Of a DNA stretch of 64,000 nucleotides, positions 1-13,600 are shown piece by piece (within the stretch, counting starts at the first letter, position 1; each line of letters starts with the position of its first letter). The DNA comes from Phoronis australis (lineage: Eukaryota; Animalia; Phoronida), in the NCBI GenBank assembly GCA_002633005.1, contig NMRA01000402.1, positions 211,540 to 275,539 on the forward strand, written 5' to 3'. The notes under the pieces were generated by a model. The model was not told the DNA's origin. It saw only the letters and a program-made list of their open reading frames with translations, and did not search any database. The translations under genes were made by a program, and so were the position numbers.

Positions 1-478
1 ACTGGCTGACAAAGTTTTTATTTTATGAAATGAAAGTAACATGTTTTGTCAACATTTTGGCTAAGTTTCATTCTCATAACAGTGGGGGCAGATTTGGTAC
101 AGCAGTGTACTGAACACAACCTCAAAATGGCATAACGGGGGGGAGTGTAGTAAAACTACTAAATGAGGGTGGTAAATCGGAATTCGTGTTTCAAGACATC
201 TGTGTAACAATCTACAGGCACCACAAAACAATGCCAAGTGAATAATAAATCAATAGCTTTCATTCAAGGAAAAATATGAACAGTTAAAACTGGACAGTTT
301 TTATACCGTGAAAACATGGCTGCGAAGCCGTAAAATGTGTTTGAGCCTATAACTTTGGAAAAACGTAATATTTTGAGGAAATATTTTACCGCTGTTTATA
401 GATCCCATAGGACTACCTATGTGCCAAATTTGGTGAAAATCAGCTGACCCAGCTCATGGCTGGTGCTCTCGTGGACTA
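1..478. mobile_element. Possible right end of another Academ-like element
   Basis: Ends ...GTGGACTA (TAG...CTA-type terminus) preceded by TGCCAAATTTGGTG; the other end is not in the window. Confidence 0.25.
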
Positions 479-1671
479 GTACTTAATACTTGATAGGCCG
501 TCGGTATATTTTTCTCCTACATACATTCAACGCGTTACTAATGTACAGGCGGCGTAATACAGTAAACAATACATGTACTGTATATGCACATGTGTTCATG
601 TACGTCGGCGTGTTCAAAGTAGGATTGATAAGAATGGAGCAATTTATTAAGTTCAAAATAACGCCTGTGAGATCCATTCCAACCCCAATATAACTAATAG
701 AAACCAGACAGTGAGAGCTTGTTATATTCCATTACTTCATTTTTGTGATCGCCTCAAAGTTAAAACAATACATTCAAAACTGGTCATTGCATACAGGTAG
801 TGAAACGAGATATTACTTACTAGTAAACCTGACAAGACTCAATATAGCTTTATAGAGTTAAATGATACGTCGCATTTGCCTTTCTTGAAAGATCCATCAA
901 ACTAGCAAGATATACTTTCGTGCTATCTCTAAAAGGCATCGGTGTGCATCGCCCCTCATTTTTGGATTACTTGATGTCATCGCTTTTTAACAACCAATGA
1001 AGGCCCGTAAAAACGTACGTTTAACCACTGTCGGTTATTTTGTCGATATTTGCGATATGCAAGTTGAATCAAACTCGCTAGGAGGCTTTCAGATCACAAA
1101 TAGGGATATGATAACCATCATCAGGTACCTTATATAACATATTTATCGTATATACAGGACGGACTTGTAAAACACGTATTTACCGAATCCGCTACTGCTG
1201 AGTTAAGTTGATGTAGGGCACCAAAAAATGTCACATTTGGCTAAATTTGGCAGATCATACGTCAGAAATGTCTGATCGGATTCATATGAGACCTTCAGTT
1301 ACTATGTTTTATGTATTGTTCTCCAAAATGTGTTAAGAATGGTTTTGAAAGTTTCTACGTTTGCACGACGGAAAATCCAAACTGGGAATATTGCGGTTTT
1401 CACTGACGAGAAAACCCCAGTGATGATGGATATAACGAAAACGAAACGTTTTAGAAAACCGTAACAACGTATTTGAGATGCTACATTCATCATATACCTG
1501 ATGTAAAAATTGATCACGTCATTGATACCGCTGTTTTGTTATCATTATCAGTGTACTTTTACTTTTCTTATTTTGTAAGTGGCAAAGTGGTGAAGAGTAA
1601 AAACTGAAATTCCATAGACTGTACTAAATACACGTCATCTCACGTTACGGCATACACGAGAACATACTCAC

Positions 1672-4600
1672 CAGCAACTGACGGTCCTGACGATTCGCTG
1701 AATAAGTTGTAACTGAAAGCATGAATCACACATTTTAAAGTTACAATTAAAAGGATTCTAAATCTTGTTCTGGTGATAAAAACCAATCGTCGTTCTGTCA
1801 CTTGCTAATGCACTGTTGTCGTCTCACTTGAGTGATAAAAACTGCCTCCTGTTCAGTAACGCTAGGACCTCGCTATAAAGCAAGACTTCGCGAGATTACG
1901 TGAGATATTGCCGTGTATTTTAAATGAGAACACGTGCATTTAACTAGGTTTTAGCTAGGTCCTAGCGTAGGTCCTAGCGTCTACTGAACGCACGCCAGGA
2001 TTCAACTAAAAGAACATACTGTCTGTGTCAAAGATTGGATATTGCAGCTGTTGGCGAGTGGGCTTTCCCTAACAGTTGTCGCGTACATAACTCTCGTAAA
2101 GCGTAGGTCACGCTTGTCCGTTTAGTAGACTTTGTAACAAGTTTTCCAACTTTGCTCCAAACTTGAGGGTTACGGGATATTGTTGCAAAGAATTGAATGA
2201 AAAAGTCGCTTTTAATACATGCATATGTTAATAGGTCAAAACCGGGGTGGTACCCGTTTAAATGATCGCATGACCTCTGGTTCTTCTCAAATTCTAGACA
2301 ACGAAATCGCATTTCACGTCAGTCTGTCAATATTGTTTTGATTACAACAACGTCAGATACTCAATATGGTACACGAATACAATATATAAGTACATGCAGG
2401 TTGTACAGTGCATACCAAATACCCGAATATATTTGGTCCATGTACGTTCATACACTATGTGTTTTTCCAAAAGATCCCTTTACTCAAAGTTTTTTCAAAT
2501 AGACCTGGTTATTCCGTGTCAAACACTCTCAGAGTATTTTCATAGCTGATGTTTCTAAGAAAACATTCAAGATCTACCGTGCTGTAAAAAGTAAATCGAG
2601 CTTCACTATCAAGCTGCTATCTAGTTAGTCAGTAACAATCCCTAAGCAGGATTGAAAGTCTATACATTGAAAGTGTAGAATTAAGTGCCATACATCACAG
2701 TCGAATTGCACATCAAATGTGAACCTGCACACGTAGAAATTACGATTGCGAGAGAACATTTATATGCAGAAATAATACTGCGATTATATCTGCTCGCAAA
2801 TCAAGCCTTTAAAATAACTTATTCATTCGAAGGTGCGACGTTTTACTATTCGTTTGTAACTCTGCAATTTGAATTTTTGACTTAAGTTAGTGGTTAACTC
2901 TTGAACTATTCATTTGTCAGGCATTTGGGTCACTAATAATTATAATATGATATGACATAAGGTCGAAATCTGACAGCAAAAGATGGCACACGATTTGAGT
3001 CGTCATTGCAAGAGAAAGAGAAAGAGAGGCAAAATATAACCCCAAGGAAATTGTATTTAGTTAGGTTATATACATGATTATCTCCATGTGCAGGTATGCC
3101 TGTAGGGTCTCGCAGGCATGTGTGACCTACGGGCCGAAATGGTCGCCCTTATAGTCGGTGGGCCAGATCTCATGGCGTTCATCCTTGTGAGTACTTTGGG
3201 GGGCAACCTAGTTTTTTCTATGTGGCTAGATAATATACCTATAAATCAAATTCCAAAAAGTTCCCACGTCTACACTTGCACATTTTTTTTAAAAAGGTGT
3301 TTTTGTTGCACAAAATATGATGCACATTCCTGCCACTTGGTGGCGCTTTTCTATTGAATTGACCAATCAGAGAGCCAGATTGTATTGTTGTGCTTAGTTA
3401 CTTCAATATGGCTGCTCCCATGGAATGTGATGTCTGTATAATTCAAGGTTTATCAAACAGCACAAAATTGTGATGTCAGAGCCTAAAGAAGCTTAGGAAA
3501 GCTTCCTGACGAAAGCTGATTGACTGTGGAACTCTGTAGATCAGTAGATCAAAAAGAAGAAGAGGTGTCACAAACGTTTGTGCAGAAAACAGCTGCATGC
3601 CCTGGTAGCCTACACAGTATACTGCTGAGTGCTATAGACTAGAATACCAAGTGTCAGACCAGAAAATTGAAAGGACATAGAACGGCATAGCAACGTTTCA
3701 AGGCACCAACAGTAGTACTAAAGCTGAAGTTGCTGAAAGTGATACAGATGTTATCCAAGATTTCCCAAGAAAATCAATTACTTCCAAAATCTGAAACACC
3801 CAATTAACCTGAACAAGATAGGAACATTCTGAAACATGAGTGCATCATTTGTTAGCAGGAAAAGTACATTATGGGCCACATTTCAAGAAAGAGAAAGAAG
3901 TATAGCTTTCAAAAACAGGTACGTGTTTTTTAAAAATACATCTTGGTGTTTTCCATGTGTGTTTCAGTATTATCACCAGTTGTTTTTTAACTTGTTCAGC
4001 CCCTTGGCTGCCTAGGCCTTAGACAATACTGCTGACCCAGTAGAGACGATGATCATACCATAGGTACTTCATATGCCGGATACTTTTCGGCAAATTATGT
4101 TCCTATAAGTTTAGAAGTACCGCGTAGAGAGATGCCTCTGAGGAGGTCGTTAATGTTTTCATTTGTTCCCAGTTTAAACAAATACTCCTGCAATCCTGTT
4201 TTTCGAACACTCCATTCAGTTGCCACATCGACACTGCTTGCGCTAAGGGATAATCCTATGGCGTTATACTGTGGGTGTGATTTTAAAGCACTTTAAGTCA
4301 AAAATTTTTGAGAAGGTTAAATGGAGTAGATGGTTGCAAACAACATGCCCAAGTGGCCGTCATCCCCTGCCGTAGTCTCAATTTTTTGTAAACATTAATT
4401 ACTTAGGTAGCTGCAATGATAATTAAATTAAAGTGCCTAAGTGGCCATCGTCGCCGTCGAAATTTGAGGACGATGGAAGCCACTGTCCATTTCGTCAAAC
4501 GTCGATTACCTTAAGTGTAAATCGATTGACTATGGTTTGAGCATCTGATTTAAAAAAATTAAATTTCAATCACTGCACTGGTATATCAGCTGATTTATTT

Positions 4601-7600
4601 TCAGTTGCATCAACTGATCTAATTATTAGACGATCAACATTATTAGGCTACAGATCAGACGGCATGTAAATTTGTTAGGCTGGTGGTGGATCAGTTCCTG
4701 ATAAGTCCGTCTGAAAAAGTTGCATGCCAACTCACTCATAGTTGAATGTTAAATTAGTGTTAACAGTTCGGGTTTTTTTCAGTTGGACTTGTATCGCAAG
4801 CAACAGCTCAGTCCAGAGCCCTGAATATGCAAATGAAATTCAAAGATAAAGACCTTGTGTCTTAGAAGCCAAGTACCACAGATCATCATGCTATAAAAAA
4901 TAGAAAGACAACGATTGTGAAGAGTGACGAATTCACAGTTTTCAGAGATGTTTTTCTACAGTTTTGTTTGGAGTTCATTGAATCGAAGCTTCTAACACAA
5001 GGAGATGTCATTTGCCTTTCAAAACTAAAGCAAGACTTTGAAGCTGTTCTTCAGAAAGCTGGTGTGCATGAAGTTATTTGGACAGGCAATCTTAAGAAAT
5101 ATTGTTGAAGCTACTCACTGTTGTAGTTTGTGCCCGACTAAGAGATACGAAAGTGAATTGAGGCTAGTGTTCAATAATTCACTTGCTGACTCTAATTAAC
5201 ACAGCCCATTGTAACATATTTTGAATCAAACATTTGCCCAAATAGTGCCCGCCTCCAAACAAGAACTTAGTGTTTGACCCTTCATTGCCTGCGGGCTAAT
5301 CACCAGTGTGCAGTGCTGTACCCTCTCTAATCGACCATAGTTGGCTCCTTGGCGGTGGAGCTTTGCAGTTAATATGTATGGCAATGACCGCATCTCCATT
5401 GACAGTACTAAACGATGAACGCTGCAAGTGCAAAAAGAACATGTGTGCTGGGAAACTGAGTTTGTGCTGCAATGCTGGGTCAAACTGTACAGAAATGTGC
5501 AGCTGTGACAACTGTAGTAACATCAGCAACACTGACTGCATAACATTGGATAGTTCTTTGACAGGCCAACCCTAAATAGACCTCCAACCCCGTTATTTCC
5601 TTTTTTGTATTAAAAAGTTAATTTTATTTGTTGATTAAGTCATAGAAAGTACATACTTTGATCATTGTCATGTATTTGTCTCATACTGCTTAATAAACGC
5701 TGTCAGAATAATCTATTTTAATACAGTCTTTGTGCACATTCACAGAGATCATTCAACTATATTGTTTTTGTACTATAACATATTTCTGGTGTATTATGCA
5801 AACAAGCTGTATTTTACACCATTAGTCAATGTTTTAGTCATTGAGGCACAAATTTTGCCCAGTCTCAAGTGTTTTGTGTTATTTTTGTTGCCAGACAATG
5901 CCAGAATAACTTCCTAGTAACATTCAGACTTAGTTTGCATTTTTGCCACTAGGTGTCTCTTTACGTTTTTTAAATTTCACTGTTTACAATTAATCTATGA
6001 TAGTAAAACATGTAATGTGAGTGTAATATTGCTCAATACAATGGCACTGATGGGACCATATTACTTGTTTTACAAAAAAGTCACCAAAAGTGTTGTTTTT
6101 ATAAATTTAAGTTTACTAAGCTCTTTGGTGATTATTAGGTAACTTCAAACTCAAATTTCTCAAAAATGTGCAACTTTATATGTGGGAACTTTTTAGATTT
6201 TGAAAACTCTCTAATAAATGAATTAAAAAACACCAAAATAAAATTGCCCCCCTAAAGTACTCACAAAAACCATTTTCTAGAGGCCCTACAAATTCTGGCC
6301 CACCGACTATTAAGTCGAGCATCAAAGTTTGGCGATTGGTACACGTTGAGTTAACATCGCCGCCAACGATTTGAGCTAGCTTTTGTTTTTGTAGAGCAGA
6401 AGTTTGCCAAATTGAACACTGAACCGGAGTTTTCAGTTTACGCTCAAATCGATAAACCTGGTGGCCGGCTTCGAATTGGGTGACAAGTTTTAATTCTAGT
6501 ATCCATTCTAATATTTAGTCACGTAAGTTTTAACTAACGTACCATGTGAACGCCATAGCATGATCGTGGGACGTAAATTTGTCGGCGTTGTCCTCCACGT
6601 ATTTTTCGAACGCTGGCAAGGCTTTCGCAACATCCACCATGTTTCTAGGGTCACCTTCAACAGTTGAGTTAACTCTATACTTCTCGAACCATGGAGAGTC
6701 ATCTGCTTTCTGGAAACCAGTCAACATGACATGACATTTACAGCCCGTTAAACGTCTTATAGAAATCCAGATATTCTGGCACTGCCTGTTGAATTTGCTT
6801 GCTATGTGAAGGTCCCTAAACTATGGAGTGGGAAAGGAATCGGCAGCCTTTCAGATGCCATTTCAACTTTTCGTGAGTTTACTAACTGGTTCAAAAAGAT
6901 ATCAAACCCGGTTTTGGCCTATGGATAGATACTAAAAACGATTTTAACATTCTGTTATTTGAAACAAAATAATGCTCTGTAACCCTAGATAACCCTCAAA
7001 AGTTTGGAGGAAAATTTAAAAGCTTCTTCCAAGGTTTGGCAAACGGGAAAGCGTGACCTACGTTAAACATTTTGTTGATTATGAATGAGTAATTTCTTAT
7101 TGTTTATGACCAGATAAGACGTCGCTAACTCTAACACTATAATTTACATATGTCCCGGAAACGTGGTAGGTGGGAGCCTATAAGACTTTTGATGTTGTGA
7201 CGTATCTACCGCCATCCTGGGGCTCTAGAGGTAAAATACTTGGAGTCAAATAGGAATGTATGCAAAAGGTGTAACTAACTAATTTCGTTAATGGACAAAT
7301 AGACATCGAACTATTAGTTGCACAGGTTGTTTTAAAAGGATTTTCTATACTCCTTTCGGTAATTTCAACCAACCCACAGTGTCTCCTGTCAATGCACCAT
7401 TGTCGTTTCTCTCCAAAGATAAAAGCAAGATTTAATTAAAAGCCCATATTCACTGTGTCACCGAATGGATTTTGTGGTTCTTGCTTGGCGGTATTTTCCT
7501 ATAGTTGCCGTGTAACTCGCCAAAAATTTAGGTCATGCTGGTCCAACTTTATAAGATTTCATTTTTTTCTCCATACTATTGAGGACGAGGTTTACAGAGC

Positions 7601-10600
7601 ATTTTATTGTTTTACACAGCAGGATGAAAAAATCGTTCTTAATACATGTTAATGGGCCAAAAGCCTGTTCAGTATCATCTTAAGTTTCATTTCAATAGAT
7701 TAAAACGCGTTTTAAATAACGTCGCTCCTATGCTCAGAACTTGTCAAATATAGCACAGAAAATTGCATTGCCTATAAGGACTTCGTTATTTTGACCGAAT
7801 GTACAAACATACGTCTAAGGTCGTGGAACCTACCTTTGCCACTACAAAGCCACGTAGCTTGATGACTATTTCCAGGCCTTCTTGCTCTGGGATGTTTCGG
7901 AAACGCTGGTCAACCTTAAGATAAATGACAAGCTTACATTAACACAAGAATGGAAAATCTGATTCTTTAACATCTGTTCAATCCTGAGGTGGCACACCTC
8001 TGGATTAACACAGTGCGTATTTAACCAATGGTAATTCACGTTTATGCATTAACTACAGTATGGACGTATATATAAGGCATTGAGTGGACTGTACCGAGTT
8101 TGCTGATCACGAGAGCGGCATTACGCAAATATAACCGGAAGAGGAGGGGTGATATTTTCCATGTTGACCGTGACGGAAAGCCGAGTGCCACATTGCTCTA
8201 CCGAGTTCAATGTGACCTGATATACTTGAGGGACCGTCTGTACTCTGACACTGGTGCTTCTGATTTTTCGTCTCTTATTATTCGCCGTTACTCTCAGCTG
8301 CGATATACCGACATCGTCTGCTCGCTTCGTCGACTATGGTTTCTACACCGTCCAATTGACCAGCTAGTGAGCAGCGACATCTGACGTCCAGACTCCATGA
8401 TACAAAACCTATTCCACGACCAGCATTGTCAATCTTACAGTTATCGCAAAACCTATACTCGAACCAAAGAACGCTTCGTCAACTATGGTTTCTACACCGT
8501 CCAATCGACCAGCTAATGAGCAGCGACATCTCACGTCCAGCCTCGAACCGAACGCTTCGTCGACTATGGTCCGATAATAATAGGTGAATATGACCAGATT
8601 GGCAAGAAGGATAGGTAATTATTTGTTTTCTCGCACCATTATTTATGGTCATCTTATTCTTCATATCTTATTACATTAGCATTTAATAGTTTGCCGTACT
8701 GGTATTGCCTGCGTTGCTTTGTAGTGAGGATAAAAGATTTCTACATTGTCTGATTGGTAAGATTCCGAAAAGCGACATTTGACTTTCGTGCGATAGTCAT
8801 GAGTGCTATTCCACTGCCAGCTTGGTCTATATGCTAACGTTTACTAGAAGCTATCGCACCGAGTTTAATCAGTCAGTGGACAGAAACGTCAGTAGTCGTG
8901 TAATAATTATATTGGCGAATCACTATTTCTTTCGTGTAGTTATCCTGCACAATGATACGCTTTGAATGGCTTGCGTTACTGATAGATTCTGCTCATGAAA
9001 CTGACTTTTCCATTTCTTTCTTAAAATATAGTACGAAATTTATGGACATGTTACACAACCTCCCATACCGTGAGAGAAAACGGTCCATCCGCCGTGCAGG
9101 GTATTGAAAAGCAAAGCATTTTGTAAAACAACACGTTTACCAGCTTCATATTGATCACACGTGACCAACCCAATTTCTATGACGGCAATACCATGTTAAG
9201 ACCAATTTGCAAAATCCAATTAATGAAAAGTCCCAGTAACAGGTTGCTTGCTCACCCCTTTAACAACGTAGATAAAATATCGCTTGATCTCGTCTTCTGC
9301 CGCAGTTTCATCGTCCAAATTGTTGGCCAGAAATTTCTGGTAAAGGCAGTAATCAATAAACAAGAGGACCCCGACAGTATATTTCTTTATTGTTACTTCT
9401 CGTCTGCTTCTGTGTTTACTCAGAAGGTGCTTCAAAGCTGAAAATAAGATTCGTGTACATATACATGTAACTATAGAAATACACATTTCCTGAAATTTAA
9501 AAACGTCACACTTCGTAAAAGTCCCTGTTATTGAAATTACTTGTGGAAACACTCGATGACTCAGAGGTATGACTATTTTCGTTCACACTACAACTGATTC
9601 CCGTGCCCTCCGTTCAGCAACAAATCTGGATTACCCTTCGTAAAACTGGGAAAAAGGACTTTTGATAAAAATCATTAGTCTCGCTCATGACGTCATCAAG
9701 TGCTAACACGGAAGACGAACGAAAAAAGAAAAAACACTCTTTGTGAGTTTTTGTTTTATGTAATTATGATAATGCTATTTAACATGTAATCTTCAATTTT
9801 TTAATACATATAAATTGGTAAAGATAATGTGTGCACTTGATGAGATAGGTGCAAGTTGTGGTGACGTCACACATGAGGTTACTGGCTTTTGTCGTCTGCC
9901 AGGAGAGAGCTACGTAACACATCCACTGTCTCAGTGCCACCTGTATGGGACCAAATAGGAACGAGTGTTATAATCTCTGTTACACCGGCGCTTATATGGA
10001 CGAGTGCCCCAGCGAAATGATTATGAACGACACTTAGACTTCCGAGCGAGGACATCACTGCGCATGCCTTGGTGTGTCAACGTTTACCAGGTACCGGAAT
10101 GAGCGAGCAGAGGTGGAGTGAATTGTTGTTTTGTTTTTCTTTTCACGTTTCATGAGTATGTCTAAACTTGAACAAGAGTGGAATGCACGATTTAAAAATG
10201 CTGGAACGCAAAAAAACAAACTAAATTGCATTATTCAAAGTGGTTCTCTGCCACTTAAACAGAATTCAACCTGCTCATCACGTATTTTTACAGTTTGAGC
10301 GTAAAAATTTTGAAATTTTGCCAGTGTCAATGCATTTTTTCTTTTAGTTTCAAATTTCAAAACACGATCTGTCAATGCAATTTAAAATGCGCTTGGAATT
10401 GTTAAAAAATTGCTTGCTTCAATGTACTGTTGACGTCACACTCGAAGTGTGAGATCTCACAAATGATAATCTGTCGCTAATATCCATCTTATCAGCCACC
10501 TGTTTGTCGAATGACTGTTAGCGCATGCGAGCACCTTTCATAAGTGGGACAGAGATTAGAAACTCTGTGGTAACTACAGAGTTTTTTCTTAGTGTGTATT

Positions 10601-13600
10601 TCAACTATGGTAATTTTTGCGATTTTATCTGGAAATTCACTCACAGGGGAAAGTGAATAACTCTGTAGAAGAAGTTGCGAGAGAGTTCTTAGGTCAGGAA
10701 TTTGACGAGCTTGCGCGTTCCATATGCCTCTTTAACCTGTTGCTGCACAAGCCGCAAACCACAAAGGCATTTTTCATTAGATGGCGAAGTATACATGTGC
10801 GTTTCTCAAGATTTCCAACCAATCGGAATGTCTCTGTGTAACATCCTTTTCGTAATCAAAGACACGCCATGTTGCATTTTTTCGCTGTAGTATCTCTCGT
10901 TGCACTTATAACGAGAGCAAGATTGTGCTTCCGAGGCCGACCGCGTGGTACCGGTTCGTCATTGATAGTGCACGGGATTCCCCGTCCTTGTGCATGTGTA
11001 TGTATCAGCGTTTGCTACTAGTTACAGGTGCCAAAAATTAAGTCACCATTTGACAATCAAACAATTTGGATATTAGTACCTGAATCTTTCGTCATCTCTT
11101 GCTCTTCATCTAGGTCTCTGGTGCTCTCAGATTTCCCACTGTCCTTCATCTTGCTTAACGACACCTCCCCGCTTGGCTTCTCCCAAAATTGGAACACATT
11201 TCCGCTTTTGAATATGTGGTCAGATACCTGAATTCAAAGTATACAAAACGTTATATTTCAATATACACACATTACAAGTGATATAAAATGATCACTCTTG
11301 GAAACATTTACCGAAACAGTTCATGTCGTTCAATGGCAAAATTTAATGGTGGACAAACGCACTAAATTGTTTCACTCTTCAATGGCCTAGATTGAAATCG
11401 ATGAAATACAATGGATGTGCTAATTAGCGTATTACCGCGCCTTTAGGCCATTGGGCTTTTATTCGAAACAATGCTTTTTCGCGGCTTCTTTTTTACCCAA
11501 GTGGTTAGCATATATTGTATTGGCGCATGTGCCTACGTTTCGCACATCAACCCAGGCAATGTCCCCTGCATAGACCCTCACATTTATTCGAATATAGGCG
11601 CACCATTTTCATTTTAAAAATTTACTTGCTGATCTGGAAAACGTTTTACTGTATTGTCACCCCTTTAGGCCAATGGTCCTTTATTCTAAATATTGTCTTT
11701 TTCACGTGGGCTTTTTACTCAAGTGGTTGACATTTTAGCGCATATGCCTCAGTTTCGCATTCAAGCGCAGTTCAACAAAGACGCCCATGGGCCTCACGTC
11801 GAGGCAATACGGTAACACTTACTAGCCTTTTGTCGTCTCCGCTTCTTTTCTTCCCTGAATTCTTGGAATTCTTCAACAACACCTCTCCACCTGGTTTGTT
11901 CCAATATTGGAACACCTTTCCGCTTTTGAATATGTGGTCGGATACCTGAATTTAAATTTTACAGAACGTCAAATCTCAACATACATACCTTGCAATCGAC
12001 ACAAAATCATCACTCTTAGACGCATGTACAAATACAGTTCATTTTCTCGTTTAATAACAAAACGTCCTGGTGGACAAACACTCCTTTATTCACTAACCTT
12101 GATTTCTATGGATGCACTAACCAACACTTACTATCCTTTTCCCGTCCCCGCGTCTTGTCTTCCCCAAATTCTTCGTGTTCTTCAACAACACCTCCCCGCC
12201 TGGTTTATTCCAAAGTTGGAAAACCTTTCCACTTTTGAATATGTGGTCAGATACCTCAGTGCAAATTATACAGATCGTTACAGTAGGTTTCAAACTAAAA
12301 CGGGCAACGCCGAAACTCAACGAAGATTCTGGGGACAAAATCGTGACTAAATACCCATTTATTTCCGACTATAATTTATTTCAGTATTGGCTAATTGTCG
12401 ACACAATCCCTAAAAAGGGTTTTTTCGTTGCTTTCGAAATTACGACAACTTACAACAAAAGTCCATTCATATATAAACAATGAGAGAATAAGCGCGATTA
12501 GGACAAACGTCAACAAAAACATTATTTCATTGAGACATAGGTTCGACTAAGCTGTCATAATTTTCTCCAAATATTTATCAAAGTTTAGCATAGTCTAGCA
12601 GAGCTCTGTCGAAGTCTGTTTAGTTTATTCTGAAAACTACTCAGCCTCATATATAAGTGGATACAATAGAACTGGCATAAAAATATCATTCTTGGGCCTA
12701 AGTCATATATAAATTTGCAAAGTGCAGTAACCTTCTCGTATTCAATCTCCTGTACATTCTCAAAACTTCAGTGACCGTAGACTGACGAATTTTCAAATAG
12801 TCTTCATTACAAAAAATTCCTCACCAGCCTTTTACTGTCTCTGCGTCTCGACTCCGGAGAATTCTTCATGTCCTTTAATGATACCTCTCCACTTGGTTTC
12901 TCCCAGAATTGATACACCTTTCCGCTTTTGAACACGTGACCAGAGACCTTGATTTGAATTACATGTACATTGTATGCAGAGACGCATTTCTCATTATAGA
13001 AACATCATAAAAACTAAGGAATATCACTTGTTGGTTATGGCATAAGGAGAAAGCAAGTGGATCTATCCCACTGTGCTCAGACTCAGCGTTTCACTTTTTC
13101 CTATTAAATCCTATAAGCCAGTCGCGCATGCGCGCTCGTAAGGTAACTACACAATAACACACATTAAATGGAGAACATTTAATATTCCATTATTCACGCA
13201 TGCAAATACGCACGCATTCACTCACGTGCACACATGTAGACGTAATTAAATATTTGCTGACACAAACGTATGTTTCATAAGGCACGGTGTCCCGCAGTCT
13301 TAGTAAGTATAGTCCGAACTTTCCACCGGTATTTTGAAAATTAGTGAAAGTACAATTGCATGGCTTAGATTTCACACCTGCCTATTATAATGGGGTGGTA
13401 ATTTGGTTTGAACATTATAAAGTATAATGTGATACAGTAATGATGCTATCAATGTGGATACAGCTGTTACGGCGTCATTATAGTAAATAAGAATGTCGTA
13501 TTTACAAATGTGGTTTTGGCCTAAAAGACTATATCAGAAATAATTGAAGACATTTTTTAACATGTTTCCAAAGTTTTACTCACAAAACGTGTGTTTAAGA

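Noticed and set aside
483-693. Next protease exon (expected G-x-A...C...HExxH)
   Set aside because: The candidate acceptor near 694 gives a stop within 14 codons and no family motif; the exon is presumably outside the window.
5306-5575. Host tesmin/CXC or metallothionein-like gene
   Set aside because: Lies inside a TIR/TSD-bounded element, is duplicated at 52492-52719, and matches the AcademX C-terminal Cys8 finger.
11907-12483. Plus-strand ORFs (147 and 102 aa) with internal repeats
   Set aside because: Antisense shadows of the minus-strand repeated protease exons, which have the proper splice signals.
11080-12947. Stand-alone neuropeptide precursor gene
   Set aside because: The exons splice in frame into a reprolysin catalytic domain, so they belong to the protease prodomain.
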